Both the position numbers and the translations under genes were made by a program. Shown piece after piece: positions 1 through 9,740 of a stretch of 64,000 nucleotides of DNA. Source of the DNA: a virus. Numbering within the stretch: the stretch's first letter is position 1; the number at the start of each line of letters is the position of its first letter. A model generated the notes under the pieces. That model searched no databases. It saw nothing but the letters and a program-made list of their open reading frames with translations, and was not told where the DNA came from. The DNA is taken from positions 5,860 to 69,859 of the IMG/VR virus record IMGVR_UViG_3300034073_005046; one strand, given 5' to 3'.

Positions 1-1259
1 AACAACTCCTTGATCAATACGATGCTAGTTTTGCCGACCTCCTCAACCAACGTACCGAGAATCGTTCCAGTAAACTCACTCTGCTTCGATACATCCTCAC
101 CCCGTATCGTCCTACCTAGATTCTGTATGTACTCCCTAATAGCCTCATTGAAGTCTGTTATCCCCTCCGTAATCTGCCTTGGATCGAAGTTACCGGATCC
201 AATCTGCTCATATAAGCCTACAAATACCCTGCTTATGCCATCAAAAACGTCCTTCGCTACCTCGACTATCCTCTTGAACCCACTACTTTCGAAGTATCGG
301 CCAATAGCACCGAATACCCTCTGCATGAGCTGGATGCCATCGATGAATGGGCGCATCGGGTCGTAGTCGCCAAACACCGACCGTATCGCCTTCACCAACT
401 TCGCAAACATCCCGTCTTTGCCGAATACCGACTCTGTGAGTTTCTCGACTTCGTCGAACATTGTAGTCGTGTTTCCAGCCGAGTCCACTACTTTTCGTAG
501 TGAACCAAATACGCCGGCCTCGGGGTTGAAGAGATAGGTGTTCAGATCTTCTAGGATGATACGGAACCCCATCGTCCGTCTCGACATCAGCCGGAGTTGT
601 TCGCTAATTTCTTTGTCGTTAACTATGTCAGCTAAAATCCGACTTCTCTCGGCCGGATCGAAGACATAGCCTTCACCACCAGCTCGTTTTACTATCTCCG
701 AGCCCAGAAATGCGGCCATGGGATCACCAGATTCCACGAGTTGCATGCCCGTAGCCCGACCCATCAGGAACTGCTGAGCTGTGCCACCGAAGTTATCACC
801 TAGTCCCGCACGACGCATATCGCGTTGGAAGGCCATCATCCCTTTGGTGAGGTTTTGCCTCATATCCTCACCGATCCTTGTGCTGATGAACGGCGTAGCA
901 GCGAGGGTACGCTGGACATCTTTCATCGTGCCACCGGCTCTCACCGCGACGTTGTTCAGCGCTGTGCCGATATCATTTGAGATGGCCATGGCCGAGGCGG
1001 CCGAGAACCCCTTGAAGGTCTGGGTCAGCAATGCGGCTTGGTTCTGTGCCGCCCGAAGCGAACTGGCGCTGGCCAGGCCCTGCTCGCCAATCGCCCGAGT
1101 GAAGTCTCGGTTTATCTGACTCAGCGCACTTCGGACGAAGTCTAGTTTTAGTCCGCTGACAAGGAATTTGTTGTCGAGGGATTGGGAGAACTTACCGAAG
1201 TCCGCAAGAGCACGTGAGGTGTTAGCGGCTACGTTTAGGCGGAGAGTTGATATTGCCAT
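1..1259 (-). CDS. Tape-measure-like protein, N-terminal part (runs off the left edge)
   Basis: Not in the ORF track because it has no stop in the window. ATG at 1259, 7 bp after the upstream stop, reads MAISTLRLNVAANTSRALADFGKFSQSLDNKF and stays open to base 1. Helical Ala/Gly/Leu-rich sequence next to a tail gene. Confidence 0.55.
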   Translation of the reverse strand, partial: MAISTLRLNVAANTSRALADFGKFSQSLDNKFLVSGLKLDFVRSALSQINRDFTRAIGEQGLASASSLRAAQNQAALLTQTFKGFSAASAMAISNDIGTALNNVAVRAGGTMKDVQRTLAATPFISTRIGEDMRQNLTKGMMAFQRDMRRAGLGDNFGGTAQQFLMGRATGMQLVESGDPMAAFLGSEIVKRAGGEGYVFDPAERSRILADIVNDKEISEQLRLMSRRTMGFRIILEDLNTYLFNPEAGVFGSLRKVVDSAGNTTTMFDEVEKLTESVFGKDGMFAKLVKAIRSVFGDYDPMRPFIDGIQLMQRVFGAIGRYFESSGFKRIVEVAKDVFDGISRVFVGLYEQIGSGNFDPRQITEGITDFNEAIREYIQNLGRTIRGEDVSKQSEFTGTILGTLVEEVGKTSIVLIKEL

Positions 1260-1266
1260 TTATATG

Positions 1267-3000
1267 TTAAACTCCAAAATACCAAATTAATTTACCGTCT
1301 AAATTTCTAATGCATTTGTATTGGACACTATCACAACTTATACTTGAGCCCAATTGAGAGCTAGTACAAGGTTTTCTGTTAGTCTTGTACTCATCACATT
1401 TTCTTTTCTCGGCTTTTCTTTTCTCATCTCTTTCTCTCTCTTCCCTAGCTTTTCTCAGGGAGGCACATTTTCCACCATCTTTACCTTCATTATCTAACCA
1501 AGTTCCTATGGCTATTCTCATTCTATTAGCGCAGCCATTTATAAACTGTATTGCTCTTGTGTATTGAGTTTCATCTATATAGATATTTGCTGTAATAATA
1601 TTGGGTCCACATCCTGGAGCTACTTTAGATATATAGGGTTCAAAATTTCTGTATAACCCTGCATCATTAAGCCAATACATGGCACTGCTGTATTGTTTAG
1701 ATAGTCCTTCTGCTCTACTCTTAGTAGACTGAAATATGGATCCTAAAGCCAACGGGTTACTATTATCGTAAATTTTTTGAAAAATAGACCTTTGTTTAAT
1801 ATATTCATTACAAAGACTAGGATTGCTTACCTCTGTTGGTTTTGGATTACCTCCTCCCTTTTTATTAGCATTTTTCTCTTTTTCATCTCCTGGGCCTGGA
1901 CCTTCATAGTCACCTTGTGGCAGCAAGGGGTCATTCACCAGCGGCTGCCTGCCCGGCCGCAATATATCTACATACCCATCATTGATCGTCCATTCTGGTA
2001 CTTGTTCGAGTTCGAAGGATACCTCGGCGTTGACGAGAATCCCCTTGTCCCACGCTTTCTCTCTGACCTGGATGTTCTGAATGACACAGGGGCCGAAGAC
2101 CCTCTTGCCCCACACAAATTCGAGGACCGGAGGACCATCAGACCCGTTCTCACCATCTCTCGCCATGAACAACTGTTGTAATCCGGCCTCTAGGGTATCA
2201 ACACGCTTACCAAACGTATACCCATGCAACAGTACCTTGCCGAAGCTCAGCTTCCGGTTTCGGTTTGAGCGCCAGGATAGCGGTTGACCGCTGTTTTTAG
2301 GATCCGATACGCCCCAAGTCTCAGCCCTGTTATAATCTGGCCCCGAGCTAAGTTGCAGTTCTTCCGGATTGAAGAGGAACATCCACACCGCATCGGCGGG
2401 AGGAGGAGAAGCCGTTACTCCGGCCGTATTAACTGTCCCAGATGGATTAGCACTAACAATCTTACCAGACCTCGGAGAAGGTTGAGATCCTGTAACTGGT
2501 ACTTGTGTGGGTACTGGTTGTCTTCTACCAGTGGCCCGATTCTCGGGTACTGTCAGAATAGTACGGGTGCTGGGCTGCGTAGTTTGGGGGGTAGGGTTTG
2601 TGGTTCCAGGAGAAGACACTTGGCTCACATCCTCCTCCAGCTTCTGCTGTGGATCGGTTGGGGCGCTGGACTGCTCTTCTGTTTCGACGGGAGTTTTACC
2701 AGCAGTTCCACCCCTAGACCAGTAACGGATATAGGCTATGGTCTGAGACATCTGGCATGCACTGCCAGGAACAAAAGTTATAGCGTTTAGATCTCTTAAG
2801 ACATCGTAATGAGCCCCGCGCTGTAAAATTACAGTTGTAGGCTCTTCTGGTTCTGATTCCCAAGAAAAATCTTGGTCATCGCGATCTTCAGGGTCCGGAT
2901 TCCCCTCACTGTCGTAGGTTGACTCCCAAGTAAACTCAGTGTCATTCCTGTTTTCAGGATCTACCTGGGAATTATCTACTTCGGTAAAATCCGATGCCAC
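1267..3000 (-). CDS. Contractile-tail tube-initiator/baseplate protein (CIS-tube-like core) with variable termini
   Basis: Core FLFNPEELQLS...PLSW...PPVLEFVWGKRVFGPCVIQNIQV...AEVSFELEQ resembles the CIS tube / gpU-like family. Acidic N-terminus, Pro/Thr linker and Cys-rich AT-rich C-terminus. Confidence 0.6.
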   Translation of the reverse strand: MASDFTEVDNSQVDPENRNDTEFTWESTYDSEGNPDPEDRDDQDFSWESEPEEPTTVILQRGAHYDVLRDLNAITFVPGSACQMSQTIAYIRYWSRGGTAGKTPVETEEQSSAPTDPQQKLEEDVSQVSSPGTTNPTPQTTQPSTRTILTVPENRATGRRQPVPTQVPVTGSQPSPRSGKIVSANPSGTVNTAGVTASPPPADAVWMFLFNPEELQLSSGPDYNRAETWGVSDPKNSGQPLSWRSNRNRKLSFGKVLLHGYTFGKRVDTLEAGLQQLFMARDGENGSDGPPVLEFVWGKRVFGPCVIQNIQVREKAWDKGILVNAEVSFELEQVPEWTINDGYVDILRPGRQPLVNDPLLPQGDYEGPGPGDEKEKNANKKGGGNPKPTEVSNPSLCNEYIKQRSIFQKIYDNSNPLALGSIFQSTKSRAEGLSKQYSSAMYWLNDAGLYRNFEPYISKVAPGCGPNIITANIYIDETQYTRAIQFINGCANRMRIAIGTWLDNEGKDGGKCASLRKAREERERDEKRKAEKRKCDEYKTNRKPCTSSQLGSSISCDSVQYKCIRNLDGKLIWYFGV

Positions 3001-3028
3001 AGTACACTAAAAGTTTAGTCTCTATCTT

Positions 3029-3038
3029 GCTTTCAACG
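3029..3038 (-). promoter_or_regulatory. Class L motif CGTTGAAAGC(AAGA)TAG
   Basis: Exact copy of the recurrent motif, about 29 bp upstream of the GTG at 3000. Confidence 0.75.
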
Positions 3039-3049
3039 GTTTAGCAGAG

Positions 3050-4033
3050 CTAGACCGGAGGTTCTGAGTGCTCGAAACTCCACGCAATCGCATTACGTAC
3101 CACTGCATCCGCATCTTTGTCCCAATCATCGAAGTGTGGGTTGTTCGCTATGCGCTCCATCACCCACTTGTAGGTAACATTTCCCACCATCTCTGGCATA
3201 CGTGCGATACGGCTAGTACGTTTCCAGACACACTCGTAGCGACTAGTACCGTCTGATCCATCGAAAGACTCGATTTCGCGAAGTATACCTAGCACTTTGC
3301 GTCGGACAAAATCTCTCTTGCCCTTTGGTAGCTTATCAAACATCTTGCGCTGATCGTCTACCGTGCCCCAGTCCGGATCAAAGTCGCGAGGCACGTTGTC
3401 GGTACGTTTTACGATGTAGCGCTCGGCACCCACCGACTCAGCCAAGCTCCGCACCGCATCTATCGATGTCCGAGTGTCGTTATCCAGGTGTACGATACAA
3501 TTGGGGTGGGAACCAAAATACATCCGTGCGATGTCGACACAAGCTCGGTCGCCATCCAGGGCGTGGGCAAGGCCGGTCGCCAACAACTTCGCGGTATCTA
3601 GGTCGGTGATTTCTTCGTCGAGGAAGATGATGCCACGGAGTTTAGGATGCTCGGGAGTACTCGAAAACGAGTGATGGAGTATATTGAAGTGTATACCTAG
3701 CTGTTCGGCCTGAGCTATGACCTCCTCAACGCTGTCGCCCGCATCGTAGTCGACACCGAGGACCTGGCAGCTAGAAAAAAGCCCCTCAATGCGGCGTCTG
3801 CGACGCCAGTCCGGGCAGACATTGAATACGAACGGCGACCAGGTCTGGCCACGCATCACCGCCCTCGCAAGCGACTTCGGCGTTACTTCGGCCGTCTCGG
3901 TGCCTAGCCTGGCTCCTAACACTCTTACCTCGGTCCGGGGATTCCCATACTTGTCGGTCTCCTTGCGGTACTGGAGGCTCGCGCTGGGCTTGTGGTCCCA
4001 GCTTTCGTGGTCGAGAGAAATGGTGGCGGTCAT
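3050..4033 (-). CDS. Primase/primase-polymerase (AEP-like)
   Basis: DYD motif, HHSFS-like motif II, KLRGII and RMYFG. Start moved to ATG 4033 because a TGCTATAAT box lies at 4059-4067. Confidence 0.65.
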   Translation of the reverse strand: MTATISLDHESWDHKPSASLQYRKETDKYGNPRTEVRVLGARLGTETAEVTPKSLARAVMRGQTWSPFVFNVCPDWRRRRRIEGLFSSCQVLGVDYDAGDSVEEVIAQAEQLGIHFNILHHSFSSTPEHPKLRGIIFLDEEITDLDTAKLLATGLAHALDGDRACVDIARMYFGSHPNCIVHLDNDTRTSIDAVRSLAESVGAERYIVKRTDNVPRDFDPDWGTVDDQRKMFDKLPKGKRDFVRRKVLGILREIESFDGSDGTSRYECVWKRTSRIARMPEMVGNVTYKWVMERIANNPHFDDWDKDADAVVRNAIAWSFEHSEPPV

Positions 4034-4058
4034 GGGGTGGTGGGGGGGCCGGGACGGG

Positions 4059-4067
4059 ATTATAGCA
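4059..4067 (-). promoter_or_regulatory. Extended -10 promoter TGCTATAAT
   Basis: Perfect TGnTATAAT about 25 bp upstream of ATG 4033. Confidence 0.7.
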
Positions 4068-4085
4068 AGGCAGAGCCGCTCTTTC

Positions 4086-5927
4086 TTACATTTTCTGAGG
4101 ATCGTAGCCTGCTTCATATAGATACGCCGCATTGCAGCGGGTATTCCTATCCTCTATGGCCTTCAGCTCTTCAGGGTCGGTCACTGTAGCGATGAGTTCG
4201 TTCGCCATTCTGTAAATCTTGTTCTTTTCGCCCCTGACCTGCTCCCAAGTCCGCACAATGTGGCTTTGTTTCTTGCTCATCGAGAAGCCATCGCGTAGCG
4301 TAAGCGCGTTAAAGACGCTCTCAACCGCCATTGGTAAGTCTTTATCCGATTTGTAGCTGTTGAAGATTTCGTACGCCTTATCAACACTCGTGATTAACAT
4401 CTTCCGTTGTGCCCAATAGGGGTGGGTCTGATCGCGCTTCGTGTTTTCCCAGTGCGCTTTCATATTCCGCCTCAGGTTGTTCGCTCGCATGTCGATCATC
4501 AGAAACCTTGTACACTCCAGTGTAGTTGCTAGAGAGCCGAGAGTTAGTTCGGGCAGGTAATCTCCCTGACCCTTCTGCTCCCGTATCGCATAGGCCAAGA
4601 AGCAGAAGCGGATAAAACACTCTAGGGCGTTTTTGTGGATCTGGATCCGGAGATAAGGCAACAACTGCTCGCTGTGGAAGTGTACATCTACGCCACTCTC
4701 GATCTTATCGAGGAAGAAATCCGTACAATGGCGCATGATACGCATGAACAAGGTCACCTCGTCTACGCCGTATTTCTTGCAGAGGAATTTGATGTTTGCT
4801 ACAGGGTGAATGTCTCGGCCGGACTCCTCCGACATCTCCTCTTGTTCGAATGCCCGGTAAGTAGAGATGAGGGCGAGGCGGCTAATCGCGCCGGAGTCCA
4901 GGCTATATGAGATCTCCGATCTCACCTCATTGCAGTTGGCGATAATCACGGTGTTCGATACGACCTCGATGGCATCAGTGCCTTTGTTCTCGACTTTCTC
5001 CGTCCCCCCGGTGACCACCGACTTAAAGCTATGAGCCTTCAGCATCTTTTCGAGAGAATCTTGAGTCAAATCATCATTGTAGGCTAAATGAGAGCTGATC
5101 ACCGCGCCCTGGTTAAACCTCGACCCAAAATCACCCATATTCACCACATTGTAACCACAGTATTGCATGGCTTTCATGAGGCCGTTGAGAATTGTGGTTT
5201 TACCGACGCCCGGCTCACCAACAATAATGCCAGCTTTGCGGAATCCATGCTTGATGGGTGTATCCTTTCCAGGATGGATCGCCCCATTTCGGCCTACACA
5301 CGCCCTACCAATAATCAGCTTGAACATCTCGGCTTCGGCGGGCGGGAAGATGGTCACGATGTCTTCGAACTTCAGGTTCCGAATTGGCCGGTCAAACCAT
5401 TCCAGTTCAGGAACATACGAGTACACATCGCTCAAGGTGCGAGCACGAAATTCCGCCTCGATGGAGGCGGGGTTGTACGCTATTCCGAGACGATATGACC
5501 CCCCACCCATCTTCTTGTGCCTCAGCGCTTTGAGGTTCTCCACACCTAGGACGTAGTCCGTCACCTCAGACGCTCTTCCGGAGCGATAAATAAACAACGG
5601 ACTGACAAAATCCCGAGAATCCGAATCCATCTGGAATATGCCATCGTCGCTCAGTAGTTCGTTTTGGATGAGTTCGAGGGTGGTTTCCGAGGCTGGCACG
5701 AGAAACTCAAACCACTCGGGATAGTTCATCCCCTTCGGAGCGGATCGTGTGATCGCTTGGTAGGGATTATACCTCTCGTACAGGTCGTGAAATGATGTGA
5801 GCTTCGAATCGAGATTGACCTTCAAAAAGAAGCCGTGACTCGCGAGATTCGCTATGACCTGAGCATACTTCGCTGCTGGACCCTTGGCCTTCAGCAGCTC
5901 ATCCGACTCATTCTTTGCCTTAGCCAT
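4086..5927 (-). CDS. SF3 (D5-like) helicase/NTPase
   Basis: Walker A GEPGVGKT, Walker B LAYNDD, FKSVVTGG...VENKG, motif C IIANCN and Arg-finger-like AISRL. Adjacent to the primase. Confidence 0.75.
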   Translation of the reverse strand: MAKAKNESDELLKAKGPAAKYAQVIANLASHGFFLKVNLDSKLTSFHDLYERYNPYQAITRSAPKGMNYPEWFEFLVPASETTLELIQNELLSDDGIFQMDSDSRDFVSPLFIYRSGRASEVTDYVLGVENLKALRHKKMGGGSYRLGIAYNPASIEAEFRARTLSDVYSYVPELEWFDRPIRNLKFEDIVTIFPPAEAEMFKLIIGRACVGRNGAIHPGKDTPIKHGFRKAGIIVGEPGVGKTTILNGLMKAMQYCGYNVVNMGDFGSRFNQGAVISSHLAYNDDLTQDSLEKMLKAHSFKSVVTGGTEKVENKGTDAIEVVSNTVIIANCNEVRSEISYSLDSGAISRLALISTYRAFEQEEMSEESGRDIHPVANIKFLCKKYGVDEVTLFMRIMRHCTDFFLDKIESGVDVHFHSEQLLPYLRIQIHKNALECFIRFCFLAYAIREQKGQGDYLPELTLGSLATTLECTRFLMIDMRANNLRRNMKAHWENTKRDQTHPYWAQRKMLITSVDKAYEIFNSYKSDKDLPMAVESVFNALTLRDGFSMSKKQSHIVRTWEQVRGEKNKIYRMANELIATVTDPEELKAIEDRNTRCNAAYLYEAGYDPQKM

Positions 5928-7131
5928 CTACCTTCGCACCATAGCGGAGCAGGGCGACCTTGTAGTCCTTGCGAGATTCTTTGAGGGCCTCGAGGAGGCC
6001 TGGGTTGTGCGATGCGGGGTTGATCTTCCGCAGCTTCTCCATCTCCTTGATTTGCTCCCGGGCCGCATCGTCGTCAGCCGCTATCTTAGCGCACTTCTGG
6101 AAGTCCGCGTCGTTGACCAGGTTAAGACAATATTTTTTGTTCAGACCCTTGAGGTCTGGGTTCAGCGCTTCGCGACGCTCTCTCTTGGCCTTTTCGGAGA
6201 ATGTCAGGATGTCGTAGGGGCTAGGGGCTGGGATCTCGGGCAGGAACATGCCGAGAGATTGGAGGTAGCGTCCGGATTTCTCAAGATGGTCGGGACGGTT
6301 TGAGGCTTTCGTATCGGACAATATCTCCCTCAGGGTAGCCTCCTCCTCGGCTGTCCAGCCCCAGACCTCATCCTCCTCGTAGAGGTCGAAGAAGCGTAAA
6401 GGTGTCCCAGGCAATAAATTATCTCCCGCATCCCCAACCTCTACCTTCACGGTGTAGGTTTCGCGAGCGGTAGAGATGTTGAGTTTCTCCTTCCGAAGGT
6501 AGTAGTCACACACCTCAGCCTCTGTGCGGATTCTCGGAATCCAGGGGCCGGTATTACACCAAACTATGCGGTGTTCGTCGGAGACTAGTCCTTGCCAATC
6601 TCCATCGACCGTAGACAACAAGACATACCGATCACTGACTGGATCAGTTCGTTGGATACGGGAGATCTTGCCGGCGATGTCATCGGCCTCGTAGTATTCC
6701 TTATCGAAAAAGTGGTAGGTCGACCCCGGCGACTTCAGGTACCTATAGCCTTCTTCGAGAATTATCGGAAACAACGAAGGCTTATCCGGACGTCCGCCTT
6801 TGTATTCTGGCATCCCCAAAAGAAATGCTTCTTGGCTTCTCCAGTAACCGTATACGCCAGTATCTTCAAATTCCCCCTTGTGGTCATCAACAACAACTGC
6901 TGTGAAGTCTCGAGGTGGCAGACTATCAATGCCTCGGTTTAGCTTATAAGCCCACAATGCCCGGACCACTTTCCGGAGTTTCGCCTCATCGTCCTGGACG
7001 ATGTCCAGTGCTGACTCGGTAAAGGAATGGACAGCGTGGGCATACACTTTGAAGTCGATTACCACGAGGGGGAGCTTGTCGTGCCGGTCTAGCTCTGATT
7101 CGAGCCACTTATCCTTGAGTACAGGGTCCAT
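5920..7131 (-). CDS. 5'-3' exonuclease / flap endonuclease (T4 RNase H, T5 D15-like)
   Basis: VVID, YWR...EYKGGR, EADD, STVDGDWQGL and GDAGDN acidic motifs. Confidence 0.8.
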   Translation of the reverse strand: MDPVLKDKWLESELDRHDKLPLVVIDFKVYAHAVHSFTESALDIVQDDEAKLRKVVRALWAYKLNRGIDSLPPRDFTAVVVDDHKGEFEDTGVYGYWRSQEAFLLGMPEYKGGRPDKPSLFPIILEEGYRYLKSPGSTYHFFDKEYYEADDIAGKISRIQRTDPVSDRYVLLSTVDGDWQGLVSDEHRIVWCNTGPWIPRIRTEAEVCDYYLRKEKLNISTARETYTVKVEVGDAGDNLLPGTPLRFFDLYEEDEVWGWTAEEEATLREILSDTKASNRPDHLEKSGRYLQSLGMFLPEIPAPSPYDILTFSEKAKRERREALNPDLKGLNKKYCLNLVNDADFQKCAKIAADDDAAREQIKEMEKLRKINPASHNPGLLEALKESRKDYKVALLRYGAKVDG

Positions 7132-7152
7132 AGGGGTTGGTTATATGTCTGC

Positions 7153-7161
7153 ATTGTAACA
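7153..7161 (-). promoter_or_regulatory. Extended -10 promoter TGTTACAAT
   Basis: About 21 bp upstream of the exonuclease ATG. Confidence 0.6.
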
Positions 7162-7190
7162 GATCAGACCCCTAGGTGGTAGCCGAAGGT

Positions 7191-7421
7191 TCAGGTGCCC
7201 ATAAACTTCGCAGACAACACACGCTGTGCGCGAACGAACTTTCGCAGGGGGTAGTTCGTAATAATCGACCACTCCAAGAGGGAGCGGATGTTCATCTCGG
7301 AAAGGGGGAGGTCGAGACTCGCATCTTTGTTAGAGACGAAGAATTTCTCGCCATCGCGAGCGACCACGAGGACATCGACATCTTTGTCGAACCGAATCGG
7401 CTTCTGTAACTTCTCGACCAT
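7191..7421 (-). CDS. Hypothetical protein (76 aa)
   Basis: ATG 7421 overlaps the upstream TAA (TAATG) and is preceded by GAGGAGG. Confidence 0.6.
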   Translation of the reverse strand: MVEKLQKPIRFDKDVDVLVVARDGEKFFVSNKDASLDLPLSEMNIRSLLEWSIITNYPLRKFVRAQRVLSAKFMGT

Positions 7422-7879
7422 TAGTTTCCTCCTCGTGCTTTCCAACCACCTTTCGCAATGCGACGGACCTGCGGATCCGTCTCGGGTGCTTTGGGTACAT
7501 CTCGATCGAAGTTGGAGGGCTTTGCAGGTTTATCAGCCTTTGGCTTTTCCTCCTCCCCACCTCGCATCGCTTTTTGTCTGGACTCCAACGATGCTGTGGA
7601 CTTCGGATCGGGGATACACGCTCCCGACTCGCTCTTGTAGCCGGGAGGGCAAGGCTGCCCCGGAGCGATCATCTTTCCTCCCGGGCCGATTCGGGCTAGG
7701 CCTTCGGCCTGAGGTTCATCATCGCCGAAGGAGACGGGCGCCGATGCGTTTTCGTGCGAGCCCGGGTCGCCGAGGTTCGGCATCCGGATGTTATCTTGAC
7801 CAATAGGCGTACCGGACACCCAACTGGACTGCGGTGCTACGTTCCAGTCCTTGGGCTTCTCGAAGTGGTTTGTCATCAC
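7421..7879 (-). CDS. Hypothetical low-complexity protein with CPPGY...C motif
   Basis: 152-aa ORF in operon orientation, preceded by a class L motif. Confidence 0.65.
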   Translation of the reverse strand: MMTNHFEKPKDWNVAPQSSWVSGTPIGQDNIRMPNLGDPGSHENASAPVSFGDDEPQAEGLARIGPGGKMIAPGQPCPPGYKSESGACIPDPKSTASLESRQKAMRGGEEEKPKADKPAKPSNFDRDVPKAPETDPQVRRIAKGGWKARGGN

Positions 7880-7892
7880 TATACGTATTCTC

Positions 7893-8408
7893 TCACTTAG
7901 CTTTCAACGCACCAAGGATGGTGCCAAGAATCTCGTTCTTGGGTAGCTTCTCAGCGATGATCTTGGTGCCTGCAGCTACGAAGTCGGTGACATCAAGGTT
8001 GTTAGGAGGAAGTTCGCGGTAGATTTCAACCGACTTAGTCGCGACCTCTTCGATTGAGGGAGGAAGGAGCGTCTCAGGTGGCGTGGTAACCTTCTGCTCC
8101 GCCACCTCCGGCTTCCATTTAGCCATCACGTAGCGGCTAAGTTTCCGGACCTCATCGCTGCTGAGGCTATTATCTCTGAGCATCTCAACGATACTACCCA
8201 CGATAATCCGAACTTCGGAGTCGTTGTAGCTCTCGGTACGCCCGTACTTGAGCCAGAAGCCATCCACAGCGTTGAACACATCAGCGATGTAGGCGGTGTC
8301 GAAGTTGTGTCGATTTAGAACGTGCTTGTTGGCAATGTTGGCAACGAAGACGTAGAGACGATCGAGAATGCCGATTTTCTCGAGGGTATTGAAGGTGAAG
8401 TTCATCAT
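7893..8408 (-). CDS. Hypothetical protein
   Basis: 171-aa ORF, tightly packed. A degenerate class L-like sequence lies at 8432-8441. Confidence 0.7.
   Translation of the reverse strand: MMNFTFNTLEKIGILDRLYVFVANIANKHVLNRHNFDTAYIADVFNAVDGFWLKYGRTESYNDSEVRIIVGSIVEMLRDNSLSSDEVRKLSRYVMAKWKPEVAEQKVTTPPETLLPPSIEEVATKSVEIYRELPPNNLDVTDFVAAGTKIIAEKLPKNEILGTILGALKAK
7900..7909 (-). promoter_or_regulatory. Class L motif CGTTGAAAGC
   Basis: Exact 10-mer in the last codons of the upstream ORF, about 21 bp before 7879. Confidence 0.65.
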
Positions 8409-8444
8409 GGTGGCAGAAGGTTCTATATTTACCTTTCACCTATT

Positions 8445-8960
8445 CTAGCAGGAATACGCATATTGTGACCACTCGGGGTCGGTAGACCGCTGTACAATTT
8501 CCACGACCTTTGGTAATGGCGGTCGAGGTTTTCGCCGCAGCCTGAGGCCAACTTGCTCGGGGGTTTTACTACCCTTTTTCGTATTGCAGGCCGCACACGC
8601 CAGTGCCAAATTTTCCCAGGTGTCGGCTCCGCCCCTACACCGTGGTATCAAATGGTCTATTGTCAACGACCTCGTACTACCACAATACTGGCAGGTATTA
8701 TTGTCTCGGCGATAAATCGCCGCTTTGGTTGGTTTCTCTCTAGCTGTGCGACTCAAAGGCATGGAGACGTAAAACCTTAGCCTTATCACTTTCTCCGACA
8801 ACCTCTGCGCCCGGTCTTTGAGCAAAAGAACAATCGCTCTCCTGCCCTGGACTATGTTGAGGGGGGTGTAATCAAAATTGAGGACCAGAACATTGGTGTC
8901 AGGATCTGGGAACGTATCTCTCACCTGTACCTCCGCAAAACTTGCATTCAACAACAACAT
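8445..8960 (-). CDS. HNH endonuclease (McrA-like)
   Basis: VLVLN.DY.PL N-terminus, RRDNNTCQYCG, LTIDHLIPR.RGG.DTWENL..AC..CN..KG. Confidence 0.85.
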   Translation of the reverse strand: MLLLNASFAEVQVRDTFPDPDTNVLVLNFDYTPLNIVQGRRAIVLLLKDRAQRLSEKVIRLRFYVSMPLSRTAREKPTKAAIYRRDNNTCQYCGSTRSLTIDHLIPRCRGGADTWENLALACAACNTKKGSKTPEQVGLRLRRKPRPPLPKVVEIVQRSTDPEWSQYAYSC

Positions 8961-8997
8961 CTGGAGTTACCACTTTGTCCGGATCTCTCCGAGTTAG

Positions 8998-9037
8998 AAA
9001 AAATCCCCGCCCGCCACAATACGGGCAGAAGCGGGGA
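8998..9037 (-). terminator. Putative intrinsic terminator after dut
   Basis: TCCCCGC/GCGGGGA inverted repeat followed by a T6 run on the minus strand. Confidence 0.5.
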
Positions 9038-9062
9038 AGATAGTCGGGGTACAAAGATTGCT

Positions 9063-9698
9063 TCACACCTTGGTTGATCCGAAGCCACCGGTTGCCCGGC
9101 CAGTCACACTAAATACGCTTTCGTTGGTGGTTGCCTGGTTACCGGATTGGTCCAGGACCACTTCGCAGAGCCCCTGAGCGATCCTTGATCCATGAGTAAA
9201 GACGTGGTAGTTGTCTCGTGTGTTGGTTAGCGAGACCTTAACCCAGTCCTGGTACCCCGCATCGATTATGCCGGGGGAATTCGTAACAACAATGCCGTGT
9301 TTATGTGCCAACCCTGATCTCGGTACGATTTTATATACACATAGCATCGAGTTCCAGGGGAAACTAAGGTTCTTCAGGCTCGGCACGATAACCTTAAACC
9401 CGCTCTCTACCAACTCCGTGCAGCCAGGGCCAAGCAGGACTGCGCCACCACACTGGTCGAGTACGTCGAGAAAGTCACTCTCCGACTCCGAGGTGAATAC
9501 CTCGCCATCTACATACAACCTCGTCCCGTGCCGCAACGACATCGACTCGAAGTCGCGATAGAAATCAATGGCATCGTCGCGATCATAGGTGTTAGTGACA
9601 TGGGCGCGGATATCCGCTCCTGCGTCTTCGCCGGCATGGGAAACTTGAGGGACGAAGGACTCGTCTCCAGGGCGAACATAGAAGATAGGTGAGACCAC
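9063..9698 (-). CDS. dut: Trimeric dUTPase with an insertion after motif I
   Basis: AGADIRA, PRSGLA, GIIDAGYQ, RIAQ and RATGGFGST motifs I-V. Confidence 0.92.
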   Translation of the reverse strand: MVSPIFYVRPGDESFVPQVSHAGEDAGADIRAHVTNTYDRDDAIDFYRDFESMSLRHGTRLYVDGEVFTSESESDFLDVLDQCGGAVLLGPGCTELVESGFKVIVPSLKNLSFPWNSMLCVYKIVPRSGLAHKHGIVVTNSPGIIDAGYQDWVKVSLTNTRDNYHVFTHGSRIAQGLCEVVLDQSGNQATTNESVFSVTGRATGGFGSTKV

Positions 9699-9722
9699 GA
9701 GAGGTGCGGGGTTTATGAGGAT

Positions 9723-9731
9723 ATTGTAGCA
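9723..9731 (-). promoter_or_regulatory. Extended -10 promoter TGCTACAAT
   Basis: Upstream of dut. The 14-mer CGTGCTACAATATC is identical to the copy at 15467-15480. Confidence 0.7.
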
Positions 9732-9740
9732 CGAAGTGGG

